Assembly: GCA_964016885.1 (NCBI GenBank)
Contig: OZ024749.1
Coordinates: forward strand, 43,276,001-43,340,000
Length of the DNA stretch: 64,000 bases
Direction: 5' to 3'
Source of the DNA: Eledone cirrhosa
Lineage: Eukaryota
Part shown: positions 11,303-26,786 of the stretch, piece by piece
Position numbering within the stretch: position 1 is the first letter of the stretch
Layout: every line of letters starts with the position of its first letter
Position numbers and translations under genes: made by a program
Notes under the pieces: model-generated
Databases searched by the model: none
Told to the model about the DNA's origin: nothing
Seen by the model: the letters and a program-made list of their open reading frames with translations, nothing else

Positions 11303-11368
11303 ATATATATACATAGATATATATATACATATATATATATACATATATATATATACATATATATATAC

Positions 11369-11401
<33 letters not shown>

Positions 11402-11507
11402 CATATATATACATATATATATATACATATATATGTATATATGTATATATATATATATATACGTATAAATACATGCATACTTATACATATATACACATAC
11501 ATCCATC

Positions 11508-11587
<80 letters not shown>

Positions 11588-11620
11588 TGTGTGTGTGTAT
11601 ATATATAAATATATATATAA
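11199..11620. repeat. (TA)n/(CA)n/(TG)n compound microsatellite
   Basis: Seen directly. Representative of dozens of similar tracts, e.g. 14244-14545, 17230-17700, 27377-27771, 31786-34280, 41326-41760, 45650-46375, 49575-50410. Confidence 0.97.
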
Positions 11621-12507
11621 TTGGAAGAACTAAACTTAGATATTTCTGGTATGAATATTTCAGCTTACACAAGTCTAAACAGCTGTACTCCTCTGTGGTA
11701 TATATTTGTAAATAGTGTAACTATACGTACTTATGTATTTATTGCGTTGTATTGTATTGTATTATACGTATATATATTTAACAAATGAGGACGTCATCTT
11801 TGGAATATTTAACGTTAGTATGATTAATTACACCTTAATATTTATACGTCTTCATTGTATTTCATACAAACGGAATGGTATTTATCATTGTTATTCTATT
11901 AGCTTCCTAAACTTAATACTTTAGTCGTCCATCTGCCATATAAAAATCTTCATCCATAGATTATAGTTATATTTATATTAGTTAAGTCGTGTGACTCAGT
12001 AATGAAGCTGTAGGTGGTGGTAAACACTATTAGCTCTCGTGTGTATCTTTCACTGAATTTATATAGAGTGAATAATCCATGTTTGTCGGGGGAGAGGAGA
12101 ATTTAATATAGCGCGGTGTGTTATGAAATAAATAATAACAAATTGAAATATGTGATATTTTATAACCCGTAAATCAATAAGCATAAAAGCACATGACTAA
12201 TTCTGTAAGAAATCGGTGAAGATTTTGTAGTAGAAAAACAAATGTACGTGGCTACATCTACAAGGTTTTCCGATGTACTAACTTATAAATCTTCATTCTG
12301 TAAGTTTTCTTTACAGATACCCCCCCCCCCCGAGAGAGAGAGGATTATATATATATATATATACGAATATGTTACCTAAGAGGCTGCCTGAAGACGTCGT
12401 GTCAGGAATTGTGTTACAGTATCATAATTAAAAGTAACACCACAGAAATGTGTATTATGTAATAAAAGACTTTCTAGAAACCAGGCCTTCTTATTTTATT
12501 TTTATTG

Positions 12508-12544
<37 letters not shown>

Positions 12545-12709
12545 AATATTTCATGTTGTTTGGATGGTGGATGTTAGTATACACCTAAACATAGGTATCT
12601 TTCTGGGAATTTGATCATGCGTGTATGAGCTCACCGATATACGTTCGTGTGCATGCTTAACTGAAACACAACAATGGAAATCTCCGCCAGTTAAGCTGAG
12701 CAAGAGGAT

Positions 12710-12775
<66 letters not shown>

Positions 12776-13272
12776 CAGCAGCAGAGCAATAGCAGCAGTA
12801 GCAATAGCAGCAGCAGCTAAATACATAATACATTTGAGGACGCCTGAAATACTTGTAAGCTGTCAGTATTGTTAAATTTGAACGTTTGTCATCGTCTCCT
12901 AAGAGAGTAGTTTAGGTTGTAAATGTGAAGTCTACTTCACAAGAGAATGACTTGCCACAAACATACAATTGTGTGTTCCAATATAATTTCCTATGAAGTG
13001 CTGCACTTCACCGAAATTGATGAACAGGAAGTGAATTGTATACTAATAAGTAACTAACTACACAAAAACCACATCATATGGCGTAAACCTTATTACAATT
13101 CAAAGAGAACTTCTCCGTAATATAGTTGTCAGTGAAAAGATTTTAAATATATTCCAAACATAGTTTTGTCGTCTATAATGAGATTTTCAGAGATTATGCA
13201 CAAAACACCAAATTAATTTCGAGTATATATTAAATATATTTTTAAAATGAATGCTATCATTAGAATATCAAA

Positions 13273-13317
<45 letters not shown>

Positions 13318-13323
13318 TATATA

Positions 13324-13393
13324 TATATTTGATATATATTTATCCTTATCGAGCCCTCTTTGGATTTTAGTCTTCAAATTTATTATTATTACT
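13324..13393 (+). repeat. Family C tail fragment
   Basis: TTTGATATATATTTATCCTTATCGAGCCCTCTTTGGATTTTAGTCTTCAAATTTATTATTATTAC, the reverse complement of the 3503-3575 region. Confidence 0.85.
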
Positions 13394-13448
13394 ATATATA
13401 TATATATATATATACACACACATATATATATTCACTGAGATATTGTAA

Positions 13449-13506
<58 letters not shown>

Positions 13507-14344
13507 ATATGTGTGTGTCTGTTTGTGTGGGTGTGTTGAACATGCTTATTGCTATATATAATAGCTTAGAAAACCATAAACAGGGAAACATGTGGTCAAT
13601 GGCACCTACGTAGAGTCAGATCCCGTATTTCTCGAAAGGTTCCAAAAAAGCTTACTAGCAGGCGACATGTATGATGAAGTTATAACTGTATAAGCACTGC
13701 GTGTATAACTTTACATACACTTCTCAATGTGTGACGAAAGAATATTGACAAACGAATGAATAACTAACAATAAAGATAAATTATATGGTATGTGTTTTTG
13801 GCAATATTGGCAATGTTGACCAAACGACCGTACCCAAATATAACAATATATCGGTTTCAACACACACTACTATACATCAAGAATTTTTCAGAACAAATAT
13901 ATAAACGCATATATATAGATATATTTGAATGTATGTATAGTATATTTGGCAATATACCGTATGTTTAATTAAAAACATTTTGAAGACCATATGCTATCGG
14001 TTTTAAAGTAGTGACTATGTAACTTACTTCTTTTCGGCGAAAGAAGGAAGAGAAGCTAACAGTCTGTTTCACTCTGTTTGGCGATCATCAGATTTACTCA
14101 CTCCCTGCTTCCGCCGAAAGTTATAGAACGTGGATTCTTATAGAATTCCAGTAATAATCAGGAGCTGCTTATACAGAGCGATTGCCGGTCCAGCAAAAAT
14201 TCGGTATTAGGATAGGTGCTCTGAAATAGCGATGTATGCATGAATATATATATATATATATATATAAATATATATATATAAAAATATATATATATAAATA
14301 TATATATATATAAAAATATATATATATAAATATATATATATATA

Positions 14345-14544
<200 letters not shown>

Positions 14545-15048
14545 CACACAAGTATTTAGTATAGTTGTTTCACACACACTTCTACTGAATTAATCAGAGA
14601 GAGAGAGAGAACATTGAAATTGATTTCAATGAAGCAATATTTTGGTAAAATGGGAATCTTTTCTGAAATATTCTCGAAACCTCTCTCGTTATTTTTCTTT
14701 TTTTCTTTTTTATTAATATATCCCTCTACCGGCAATGAAATTATACTATATTTGTTTTAGTGGAACGTAAATGAAAACGGCCCAGAATGAGAAATATTAA
14801 CATCTATATATTAATGAGAATTTATCCCATGAATTTAAATATGTTCCAATACTAATAGCCGTGGAACATAAATCACGGAAAATATTTAATTGCAGTCTAC
14901 GAAATGCACATGACAGCTGGAATATATTGGACGAAATATATCTTGAATACTGCTGCTTTACTCTTGCATGCGTTTTCAGACGCACACATACATATATGTA
15001 TATATATAGATAGATACACACACACACATACACACACACACATACACA

Positions 15049-15153
<105 letters not shown>

Positions 15154-15209
15154 GGAGAGAGATGCGAATCGACAACGAGGTAAAGCAACAGGGAAGAACA
15201 CTAGAGTAC

Positions 15210-15261
<52 letters not shown>

Positions 15262-15326
15262 TCACACACAGGCCTACGTACACACACACATATATATATA
15301 TACATATATATATGCATACATACATA

Positions 15327-15770
15327 CATGGTGGCTGCCAACTCATTTTCGTGTACGGCCACTACTTTATATCCATGTAGGAGAACCCCTACCGATGCTT
15401 AAACAAGTGTGACTTTTTAGTCCAGCCAGCGACTTGAAAACTCTGGTACAAACACTTCACCTGTGACAATTATTGACACATAGTGCTGGGCCCATGGCAC
15501 CATGTGACGACAAGTGCAGAGAGATCTCCAGATATAAAGTAATGCCTGTGCCGTGAAGCTTTTATAGTGAGCAAAGGCACTGCACAAAGCCAGTCCCACT
15601 CTCTTAACCAAGAGCTTAAAAGCTTCACGCCACAGGCATTGTCTTATATCTGGAGATCTCTCTGCACTTGTCGTCACATGGTACCATGGGCCCAGCACTA
15701 TGTGTCAATAATTGTCACAAGTGTAGTGTTTGTACCAGAGTTTTCAAGTCGCTGGCTGGACTAAAAAGTC
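15327..15770 (-). mobile_element. Probable RTE-like LINE 3' end with about 154-bp inverted duplication
   Basis: Arms at 15411-15564 and 15617-15770. Translation gives [16 protein letters not shown](H/R), a C2H2-like motif found at some RTE ORF ends. The tail ends in (ATGT)n. Confidence 0.65.
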
Positions 15771-15781
15771 GCATACATACA

Positions 15782-16025
<244 letters not shown>

Positions 16026-17248
16026 AGAGAGATGGGAGAGATAGACATCTAAAAGTATATTTAAGAAAATTCATTTTCTTAAGTAGACTTTTATCTTCAC
16101 AATAGAACATGTCACGTGGCAATCTAGAGTTACCGTGTTCCTACTAATGTGACATATATTAATCAGATGATGTATACATATCCTATCCTCAAATCTTAGA
16201 CGCGTCTTGATGCTGTCACTGACTTATTGATTGTGAAGATATATTAAAGTATAGAGACTGTGAAATGTCACCACCTATTAATACCTTTTATTGACAGTTT
16301 ACCGTGGTAGGATTTACACCGTAGATGATGTCACATACATAAGACCAACTGGCAAATTTCATTCAGTTAAGTGTACAGGGAAAACTATACGTTAGTAAAT
16401 ATGCTTATATTTAGAGTATATTTGAAATACATGTTATGAACAGAATGTGAAAGTTGTTTCCTCAAGTTGTCATGCTAAATTCGATCTGAAGTCGCCATAT
16501 ATGTGAAGTGATTCATACCATTGACACTTGACACAAAACGCTAGGCCATTCATGTGACAAAGATACTCTAGAAGGAATAAATGTTTATATTTTGGAGTTA
16601 TTTGCAAAGTGACAGCAGTATAGTCCGCAGTTGCTATAATACCACAAATTTATGACACCCTAAAGAAACCACAGATAAAACAGAATTAGGATAGAGAAAG
16701 AGAAATTGAAATTTTTTTCAGTTCTTATAGGAAACTAATCCAGATAATGTCTGTAAAGAATAACCAAGTTGATAAGAGCGGGATGCATAATGTACAAAGT
16801 GGAGACAAACGACAGAAAAAGCATTGGAAAACGAATTTCCGCTTATGCACAAATGGTTTAAAATTCATGTACAATGAAGACCTTCTTAAAATTGAGTTTC
16901 AATGTAAATATTCTTCCCGCGGATGCTTTTATTAATGTGGTATGGCTCAACATTATGCATGTCAAAGAGGACTATTTTCCTATATCATGACGTGTATTTA
17001 TATAAGTGGAGAGTGGCATATACCGTTTAACTGAAATGTTCAATTTCTAGAAATGCATGGCCCTTTATATATCTATGTATAATGAAAGCACAAATATGTC
17101 TGAAAATTTGCTAATATATATGCTGACTCACCTAAATTTAAATAAACAACACAGCCGAATATTTAACGATATTTGCTGAAGCTATTGTGAATGAATATAT
17201 ACGGTACTCCCACACACAGACCCCCCCCCCTCACACACACACACTCAC

Positions 17249-17298
<50 letters not shown>

Positions 17299-17337
17299 GT
17301 ATATATATATATGTATATATATATGTATATATGTATG

Positions 17338-17368
<31 letters not shown>

Positions 17369-17432
17369 GCGTGTATTTATATATATATATATATATATGA
17401 GTGTGTGTGTATATATAAATATATATATACAC

Positions 17433-17468
<36 letters not shown>

Positions 17469-17624
17469 ATATATAAACATATATACACACACATATATAT
17501 ATATATAAACAAACAAATATATATATATATGTATGTATGTATGTATATATATATATATGTGTGTATTTATATATATATATATGAATGTGTGTGTATATAT
17601 ATATGTACATATAAATATATATAT

Positions 17625-17700
<76 letters not shown>

Positions 17701-18071
17701 AAACAAATAAGAACGAGGTGTCTCAGTAAATTCAATATAAAACTTTGTTATTTTATTAAACTGATCAATTTATCTCTTCCTTACCAGGTCAGATTTGTTT
17801 TCCTCTAAACTCGCAATGTTTACCTCCATAACCTTCCTCTTCCATTCCTCACTTGATCTATTGCCGCGTAAATAGAATAGTGCCATATATTTCCAATATC
17901 TTGCCATTGTCTCATCTTCTCATTGATTTTGTTTATCTCCTACAACCAATACATAGCTGGTGGGTTAAGGTAATACTGATGGTTGAGGTCTCTATTAGGT
18001 TTAATGTTTTGGTAAATATGTAGAATAAATCCTTGATCCTGTAATAAAACATTATGTTATGTATGATGTAA

Positions 18072-18260
18072 GGCGGTGGATTGGCAGTATCGGTAGAGGG
18101 TCGGACGCCATGCTTTGACGCATAGAGTTACGGCCCTTGCCATTCTGAGTTCAAATCCCGCCGAGGTTAACTTCACTTTTCATCCTTACGGGGTCGATAA
18201 AATAAAGTACCAGTAATGCACTGGGTAATTGCTGGCCTTGTGCCAAAAGTAGAAACAATT
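18072..18260 (+). mobile_element. SINE family 1, full length
   Basis: 20-bp TSD ATTATGTTATGTATGATGTA at 18051-18070 and 18258-18277. Confidence 0.93.
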
Positions 18261-18354
18261 ATGTTATGTATGATGTATTTTATAAGAAAGTGCATTCTAA
18301 AACTAACTGAATCTTAGTACTGGTTAAATATAACTGTAAGTCAACAAAAACCTG

Positions 18355-18567
18355 GTTTCTTATATAGGCACAAGACAAGCAATGTGGGGGGGAAGGGGAA
18401 AGTCAATTAAATCGACCCCAGTGCGTGACTGCTACTTCATTTTATCGAGCCAGTAAAGATGAAACAAAGTTAACCTCGGTGTGATTTGAACTCAGACCGC
18501 AAAGGGACGTAACTCTATTCTGCAAAGCATGGCGTCCGACCCTCTACCAATACTGTCAATCCACCAC
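18355..18567 (-). mobile_element. SINE family 1, long form, diverged
   Basis: Reverse-strand family match including the extra GGGGTCGATTTAATTGAC segment. Confidence 0.85.
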
Positions 18568-18660
18568 AAAACTAGAAAATAAGAAATGCCATTCACGTAT
18601 TCAGCCCAGGATCGACTGAAAATGTTATAGGCTGGATATTTTATAAGCTGGCCAAGATAC

Positions 18661-19205
18661 TCGAACCTCAGACTACGCATCACCTCTTGATATGCCCCCT
18701 GCTGGAATACCCTCTGCACAGCATTGGACTTGGCAGGGTTTAATGAGAAAGGACATCAATGTGTTCAGCTGCAGCGGAACCACATCTAGCCAAGCTCTGT
18801 AACTGACACACCTGTGGACACATTCAGAAGGAGACTCCAATAAGCTATGTATTACTAGTTTTATCGATCTTATCAATACTCCCAGAGCCGAGGCGTGGAA
18901 GCTGCTATCTTGACTAAGATCTGGTGTTGGACGTGCAAAAGTCAATTTTGCAAAATGGGGATATTTAAAGTATTGGGACGTTGTGTGTGACCGCGGCATC
19001 GAACCCCAGACTACGCAACACCTCCTGATATGCCTACTGCTTGAACACCCGCTGCACAGCATTGGACTTAGCAGAGTTTAATGAGAAAGGACAGCAATCT
19101 GTTCAGCTCTCGCGGTACCACATCTAGCCAAGCTCTGTAACTGACACACTTGTGGACACGATAAGAGAAAGAATACTACAATAAGCTATGTAATGCTAGT
19201 TTTAT
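18661..19205. repeat. Diverged direct repeat, 2 x about 205 bp, period 338 bp
   Basis: 18661-18864 aligns to 18999-19205 (CAGACTACGCA...ACCACATCTAGCCAAGCTCTGTAACTGACACA...AATAAGCTATGTA). Confidence 0.9.
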
Positions 19206-20246
19206 GTATTATATTTATTTGCAGTATTCTCACATAATTCACATAATTTAGAAGTATGCTACAAACCAATTGCATTGTAATTTTCAAAATTTATATTCTT
19301 TATTATTTTTTTGTTTGTTGTTTCTTTTATTTGTAGCTCAGATGTACGAAACAGCAATTAAATGTCCATATTACTTAAGGAAATTGGGATTTAACAGTAA
19401 ATAAACTCAAGTATTTTCCCAGTTTAAGATTTCATGAGATAATAGCACTTAAAACCATTTAAGATGTGTATACCAGCTATTTAATCCATTACGGTATTTC
19501 ACATTCCTCATAATCTCCATTCACATGTAAAATGTTTCGTGTAGATAAACTACGTTGTCTTTCAATTATATTAAAACTAATTTTTAAACGTTATCCATTT
19601 TCTTTGTCAAACAAACAGACGTATTTCTGAGGGGAAACGTCAATCGTTTAATTGATCATTTCATAAATTAAAACTATAATCTAAATGCTCATGATAATCT
19701 TCCTTTCAAATGACAACCAGTAATAGAATACTTTCTAACGTCAATGAAATATAAAGGGAAATAGGAAATAAGACAACAGAAACTAGGAAATGTTTGTCAT
19801 GATTTGGCTGGAAATTATTACGACCATGTCACAATAAATCTCAGCTATATTTCTCATAATGATTTGATGATATCAATGGTTTCACTAGTAAAAATGGGAA
19901 ATTATTATGACGACCAACCAATCGTTTTTGTAGGCGTATCTCCTTCTACTTTGAAAGGGAATTTAGCCAAATACTCCGCTAAATACCTCTTTATATAGTT
20001 AGTAATTTGATGGTGATAAACTATCGTCAATTTGGGATATGACACAGGAACAATATTTTGACATTCTACTACTACATAAATAACCTACAAACCACGTTGT
20101 GATTTCATATGATTAATGGTCTAACATACCCATTAAGTTCATACTATGATACTGTATATTATTTCATAATATGTGGTATGAAGTTAAACGTAAACAGAGT
20201 GAGAAGTGAAAACGGTTCTCAATTATTGTTTACGTATCTATCTATT

Positions 20247-20358
<112 letters not shown>

Positions 20359-22186
20359 ACTCTCTGTGTGTCTCCCCTCTCCTTCTCTTTCTCCCTCGAC
20401 CTCTTTCTCTACCTCTTTCTATCCCTCTCTCTTTTGTGCAGCCACTTGTTTAGCATTTATATGACTACATTATGTCAAGGTCCATTTAGAATGATAGTAA
20501 AAATGCCATTTTTCTCCGTTATGCATTTTCAATAGATTAACAAACATACGGCTTTATAATGTAAGCACTCTATTTATGTTGATAGAGTAGAATCTACGTA
20601 CTTCCACATAATCTCTAAGAAAATTGCCCATATTTCAAAAAGTCACCATGTTCTCTCATTAAATGCTCCACATCATAAGCTTTTGACTCCAGCAAACTGT
20701 CAAGTAAAGCTGGCTAATGTTTATCTATCATAAAAAGTAAATATGATATTTTAACGTAACTACTGTTCTATCTATAAGAATATCGGTCTTTTTCCTCAAC
20801 ACAAACAACGAGATTGTTGAAATGTTAATTTTCTTCTAACTTATCTTGCTTTACGTTTAATTATTTTAATATCAACTTCTGTTTGTGAAAGAAATTATTC
20901 TATTTTGCTTTTATATCCGTAAATATATCTTTGAAGATCTCTCTCATGTTTCTGTAGGTATTATAATGGAAAGAATTGCTAAAAACAACCTATGTTGGCC
21001 TTTTGAAGGATACATTTTTATCTAAATAGAAGTGATATTTTTATATCATACCTTACATGGATATTAATATTTTTTAAACATCCAATTATATCCTCTGTTT
21101 TGTCAAAAAATTAGAAAACATTAGCAAGCTTCTTGATTACAATTTGCTAATGTCCATGTGGCGATAAATAAATTTACTACAAACATCAGGTATAATTATT
21201 AAAATGCACAATCCACATAACTTAGAAATAAGGAAAATAGATTTTAGAGAGAAAAAAAGGAAATCTCAAAACTTATCTTGTAACTTAACATCTCAGAATA
21301 TAATTTCATCTACGATTTATTTTTCTTTATTATTTCTAAATACGTGTAATAAATAATTTGTGTCGATCAATAAATCCAAAACTGTTTATGTGTTTATTTT
21401 CAGGGAGAGAGAGAAAGAGAGAGAGGGGGGGGAGACGGAGAGAAATCACCTGGCCAACATTTCTGTATATTAACGTACTTTCATTTTCATTGAACTACAA
21501 ATAAATCTATGGAAAGGGGAAATGTACTTGATTTTTTTTAATTGTATTTATGGTTGAGTTACAAACTTCATTAGTGAGTAACATAGAATTCCTATAGACT
21601 CTACAATTGAATTGGCTTATCTACAGATATAACAACAGAAGCAGATGCCAGAGGAATAGAGTTTTTAATTATACCTTACAAACGGCAAATGGTGAATACC
21701 AATAAAAATTTCGTTATTTAAACAAGTTATGATTTACAAAATATCGGTCGTCTTTTTTTTTCTATGCTTTTTCTACATAAATATCTACTGAACTTTATCG
21801 CACCAATTATCTACAATAGATTTAATTTTCTTCTCATATATTTTTTTTTCCTCGAACATGCAGTAAACAATGTAATCTGAATAACGAGGGAAATCAATAT
21901 AAATGAGATTATTGTCGTATTTTATTATCATTGGCCATTATGTTTAATGAAACATATGACTGTTGCTCATTCGTGTGTAGCAGTGTTTTGCATAATTGTA
22001 AGCTGGATTGGAAAGTCACATTTCACTAAATATAAGATGAAGGTTAATAGGATAACGAACGGTTAGACTCGTCTTTTCTAAACCTATAATATAACATAAC
22101 TGATTTCTTAATTTCCTCTTCGATTAAGAACATTAACATATACTGCATAATTAGTCAGTGCAGCTATATTTATGCATTATTACTTA

Positions 22187-22718
22187 TCTATATATATAAA
22201 GCTGTGGTTGTCTGTCTGTCTATCGATTTTTGGCACACTTCTCTTAGAATCTCTGACGGAATTGCACCGAAATTGCTATACTTGTACATTGAGCCCTAGC
22301 GAAGACATCGGAAAAATAATATTTCAAATTGACCCACCCTATGTGACGAAATCGAATCTAATGTATCGATTTTTGAGCGTAAGTGACGAGTTATTTCCCT
22401 TTGTTCTGTTTACATTGAACGTCTTACGTTCTTTCGAACACTAAGCTTCCGTTTTGCTTCATTTCCATTTAAAAGCCTTTTAAAACAATATTTTTACTTG
22501 AAAACAAGTCTATTTAAAGACTACGTAAAACAAGCAAATATTTCGTAAAAAAAAGCAAAAATTATATAAGTTTATTTAAAATATATGTATCTGTAAAGTT
22601 CGTTCGGCGTGCAGACAGACAGTGGTGCAGACAGACTTTAAGCCAAAAAAGAAACTTAACATTGTAACTTTAACACAGCTACTGAGCGACCCCGAGCAAC
22701 GCCGGGCTTTACTGCTAG
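22187..22718 (+). mobile_element. Non-autonomous Helitron
   Basis: 5' A|TCTATATATATAAAG, (GTCT)n near the 5' end, subterminal GC hairpin CCCGAGCAACGCCGGG, 3' CTAG|T. Inserted between A and T with no TSD. Confidence 0.85.
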
Positions 22719-22950
22719 TATATGATATAATAGCAATCCAACACTACCAGATTGTAAATAACTTTACAATATTATAAAGCCTGAATAGTCGTTTAATATT
22801 TAATGAGTAATCATATTTGATTAAATTTAATCTCAATTTCCAGAAACTTACTTAGCAGTTTTACCAACTGATATAATCTAAGTAAGTATATACGTTCATA
22901 AAACTGAATATCAATAAACGGCCTAGTGGATTCTAGACTATAGGGTTGAT

Positions 22951-23130
22951 AGAATGGAATTCCGTCATATACGGAGTATAAAAAAAATTCGTTGAAACGA
23001 AAAATTCTTTATAACGAGATCAACCGAAACAAATCGAACGTTTGTTTGTTATTACCTCGGGCATTGAAAAAAAAATGTTCATACTGAAAAATTCGTTATA
23101 ATGGTATTCGTTATAACGGAATTTTACCTA
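22951..23130. mobile_element. Tigger/pogo-like MITE, copy 1 (degenerate left end)
   Basis: Right end TTCGTTATAACGGAATTTTACC. Homologous to 29553-29741. Confidence 0.65.
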
Positions 23131-23465
23131 TAGTAGAAAGAGTTGTGGATAGCAGAATCAAAGACGAAAAGGTTAACAGTTTTGGGTTACATCGTTTTAC
23201 GTTGTAAGTTGAAATTCTACGGATGCTAATATTAGCCTTAGATATGGTTAAACAAAATAGGTTGGAACCGCGACCTGAGATTGATTGATTCGACTTAGCT
23301 TATTCGGTATTTGAGAAGAAACGCCAAGACTTAGATATATAATTGTTATTACACAAACATAAATATAATAAAACATTACATAAGACACTGTATGAAAAGA
23401 CTAGCTCTTTGTGTAACTATACAAACCACGTTTACTTGATATATCTATGTATATATATATATATA

Positions 23466-23535
23466 ATGGAAAAATTTGAACAGGAACAAAACAGAGAGGC
23501 AGTACAACGAATGTTTATTAATTTCACGCTCTGGA
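23466..23535 (-). repeat. TA-associated tail family E
   Basis: AAAACAGAGAGGCAGTACAA...TTTATTA..TTCACGCT matches the reverse of 53043-53105. Confidence 0.7.
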
Positions 23536-23570
23536 GAGTTGGGTGGTGGTGGGGAGAGAGAAGTGATATA

Positions 23571-23626
<56 letters not shown>

Positions 23627-23980
23627 TTCTCTCTCGCTGTTATGTTTTCTTACTTATCTATATCTATAAATATCACTTCAATTTTCATATTCATAGTCAA
23701 ATTTTAAAATGTTTCACCTTATATACATCTGTAACGCTTTCTTCTCCCCTCTCCAACCTGGTGTCCTCTACTCTCCCATTTTCTCCCAGAACACAGTTAT
23801 ATGACCGACGAATAAGACTGGTTTGCCAAACTACATTCACTCTATGCTCTTCACTATATTGAAGCTTCTCTACTGTATAACTTTTATATACAAATGCTTG
23901 TAGACTTATATAAATCTTACGAATATCGGACACGAGAAACACGACGCGATTCTTTATGATGTATCAATTTCCTATAGTGC

Positions 23981-24012
<32 letters not shown>

Positions 24013-24215
24013 GGAGAGAAGAAGTTTATGAAATGGAAATGCGGGTGTAAAGAATTTATTAGGTAACAATTGTTTCTATAGTGTATGGGTTACCTATACC
24101 TCGCTATTTGAATAATATAAAAATATTATCATAAACCGAAGGTACACTGTAAGCAAACACCATGTCGTCAGACCTTTGTATTGGACCTCAGTAACATTGG
24201 AATACAAATTTACTA

Positions 24216-24290
<75 letters not shown>

Positions 24291-24314
24291 TAACATCAGC
24301 ATCTTTCTTAATGT

Positions 24315-24357
<43 letters not shown>

Positions 24358-24433
24358 ATATATATATATATATATTTATATATATGTGTGTGTGTATGAG
24401 TGTGTGTGTGTGTATGGACATGTGTATGAATGA

Positions 24434-24577
<144 letters not shown>

Positions 24578-24615
24578 ATGAGTGTGTGTGTGTATGGACA
24601 TGTGTATGAATGAGA

Positions 24616-24686
<71 letters not shown>

Positions 24687-24689
<3 letters not shown>

Positions 24690-24821
24690 CGAAGGAAATG
24701 TGGTAAGGAACCAGGTGGACCATAACGCACCAAAGTACTCAATACTTGGGGTAGTAGAGTGGGTAATAGGAACCAGTAAGACCCCGACGGCTTGAGCTCA
24801 GCCGTCGGGGTCTTACTGGTT

Positions 24822-24824
<3 letters not shown>
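24687..24824 (-). mobile_element. Fold-back family A, copy 5 (inversion centred on the stem III hairpin)
   Basis: ...GACCCCGACGGCTTGAGCTCAGCCGTCGGGGTC..., within (TA)n. Confidence 0.88.
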
Positions 24825-24916
<92 letters not shown>

Positions 24917-25394
24917 TTATGTGTTATTACGTAGTGCATAGACGATAGACACAGAGAGAAATAAGAGTATGATGGCGATTTATTAAAAATAACAAACTTC
25001 ACAAAATTTACTTTACGTAGCAATGTTAATTTTAAACTCCACGGAATTAGGAGGAAAAAATAATCTGAAATCAAAATACAATATAAATGTTTGGCGGTTG
25101 AAAATGAAAAAAAATATATATATTACAACTACAAAATGCAAATTAGTAAATTGTAGAATAAATAGACAAATGGTTGAATTTACACGCTCCCTTGTGATGG
25201 AATCAAACATCATGTGAAAATTGAAAGACAAAAAAATATACAGAAACAAAATACGATAGAAGCGAATCCAAACATTAGCTTATTGATTAATGGGCACCGA
25301 TTTAAACAATAGCGCTAGACAGTTATCGATCTTTGAATTTGTACTCTTGTCTCCAAACGTAAAATTGATGACACATTAAACGAAAAACTAGTGT

Positions 25395-25444
<50 letters not shown>

Positions 25445-25625
25445 TGCATGTCAGAGTACTTGTGTATGTGTGTATGTGTGTTCTATGCTTCTCTGGTTGT
25501 TTGTGTGTGTGTCTATATGTGTGTGTGTGTGTACGAATGCATGTGAACATGTCTCTGTACGCGAGAGTGGTGAATAAGTATGTATATAAGCACAAGTACA
25601 TGTATATATATATATATATATATAC

Positions 25626-25700
<75 letters not shown>

Positions 25701-25702
25701 CA

Positions 25703-25881
25703 TGGCAGTATCAGAAGAGGGTCGGACGCCATGCCTTGACGTAAAGAGTTACGGCCCTTTATGGTCTGAGTTCAAATCCCGCCGAGGTTAACTTTGCCTT
25801 TCATCCTTACGGGGTCGATAAAATAAAGTACCAGTAATACACTGTGATAATTGCTGGCTTTGTGCCAAAAGTAGAAACAAT
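25703..25881 (+). mobile_element. SINE family 1
   Basis: Family match. Confidence 0.88.
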
Positions 25882-26382
25882 TATTCATATATATACTATA
25901 CATATTATTTATGTGTCTGTCTGTGTGTATGTGTGTAAATATAATATATTCCTTTACGCAAATACATGTACTAACACCATAATATCAGACGTCTGTATTC
26001 ATTCATATGTACGTATGTGTATCCGTATGTATATAAGTATGTATATATCTATGTATTTATAGATGTGTGTATATAGGCTTAAAGTATTGAAAAATACAAA
26101 GTCCATTAATTTAATTGGATCTTCTGATTTACTCCATCTCCGCCATTTTGCATGTCTACCAACTTACTAGTTTTGTTTAAGCATGCTTTAATGTATTTTC
26201 CTACGATTACTTCCATGTATGTATAAGTGCATTGGTGTATATCATGTGTATTTCTTTCCTAAGATTATCTATATATCTCTCTCTATATATATACGTATGC
26301 CTTTACATTCGTTTAGGCATGCTGGTATGCAAGTGTACCTCATGAACATACTGGTATTGTCTCTTTGTAAGTCTTGTTTAGG

Positions 26383-26477
<95 letters not shown>

Positions 26478-26514
26478 AATTACACTCAGACAAATACACA
26501 GTTAAATACACACG

Positions 26515-26605
<91 letters not shown>

Positions 26606-26695
26606 ATAGTGCATATGTCTTTACTATGACAATCTATATACATCTCCTTACATACATTTATGTATGTATAGCATTAATATATACATACGTCTATG

Positions 26696-26786
<91 letters not shown>

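Noticed and set aside
12385-12470. CTGAAGA...GAAATGTGTA as a hammerhead
   Set aside because: Stems I and II cannot be closed convincingly. Similarly weak cases at about 5880, 36723, 45830 and 50705 were also dropped.
17787-18038. Minus-strand exon candidate (ttttattacag|GATC...CTG|gtaagg)
   Set aside because: Stops occur in all three frames and there is no recognisable homology. It could only be a non-coding exon, which the sequence alone cannot support.
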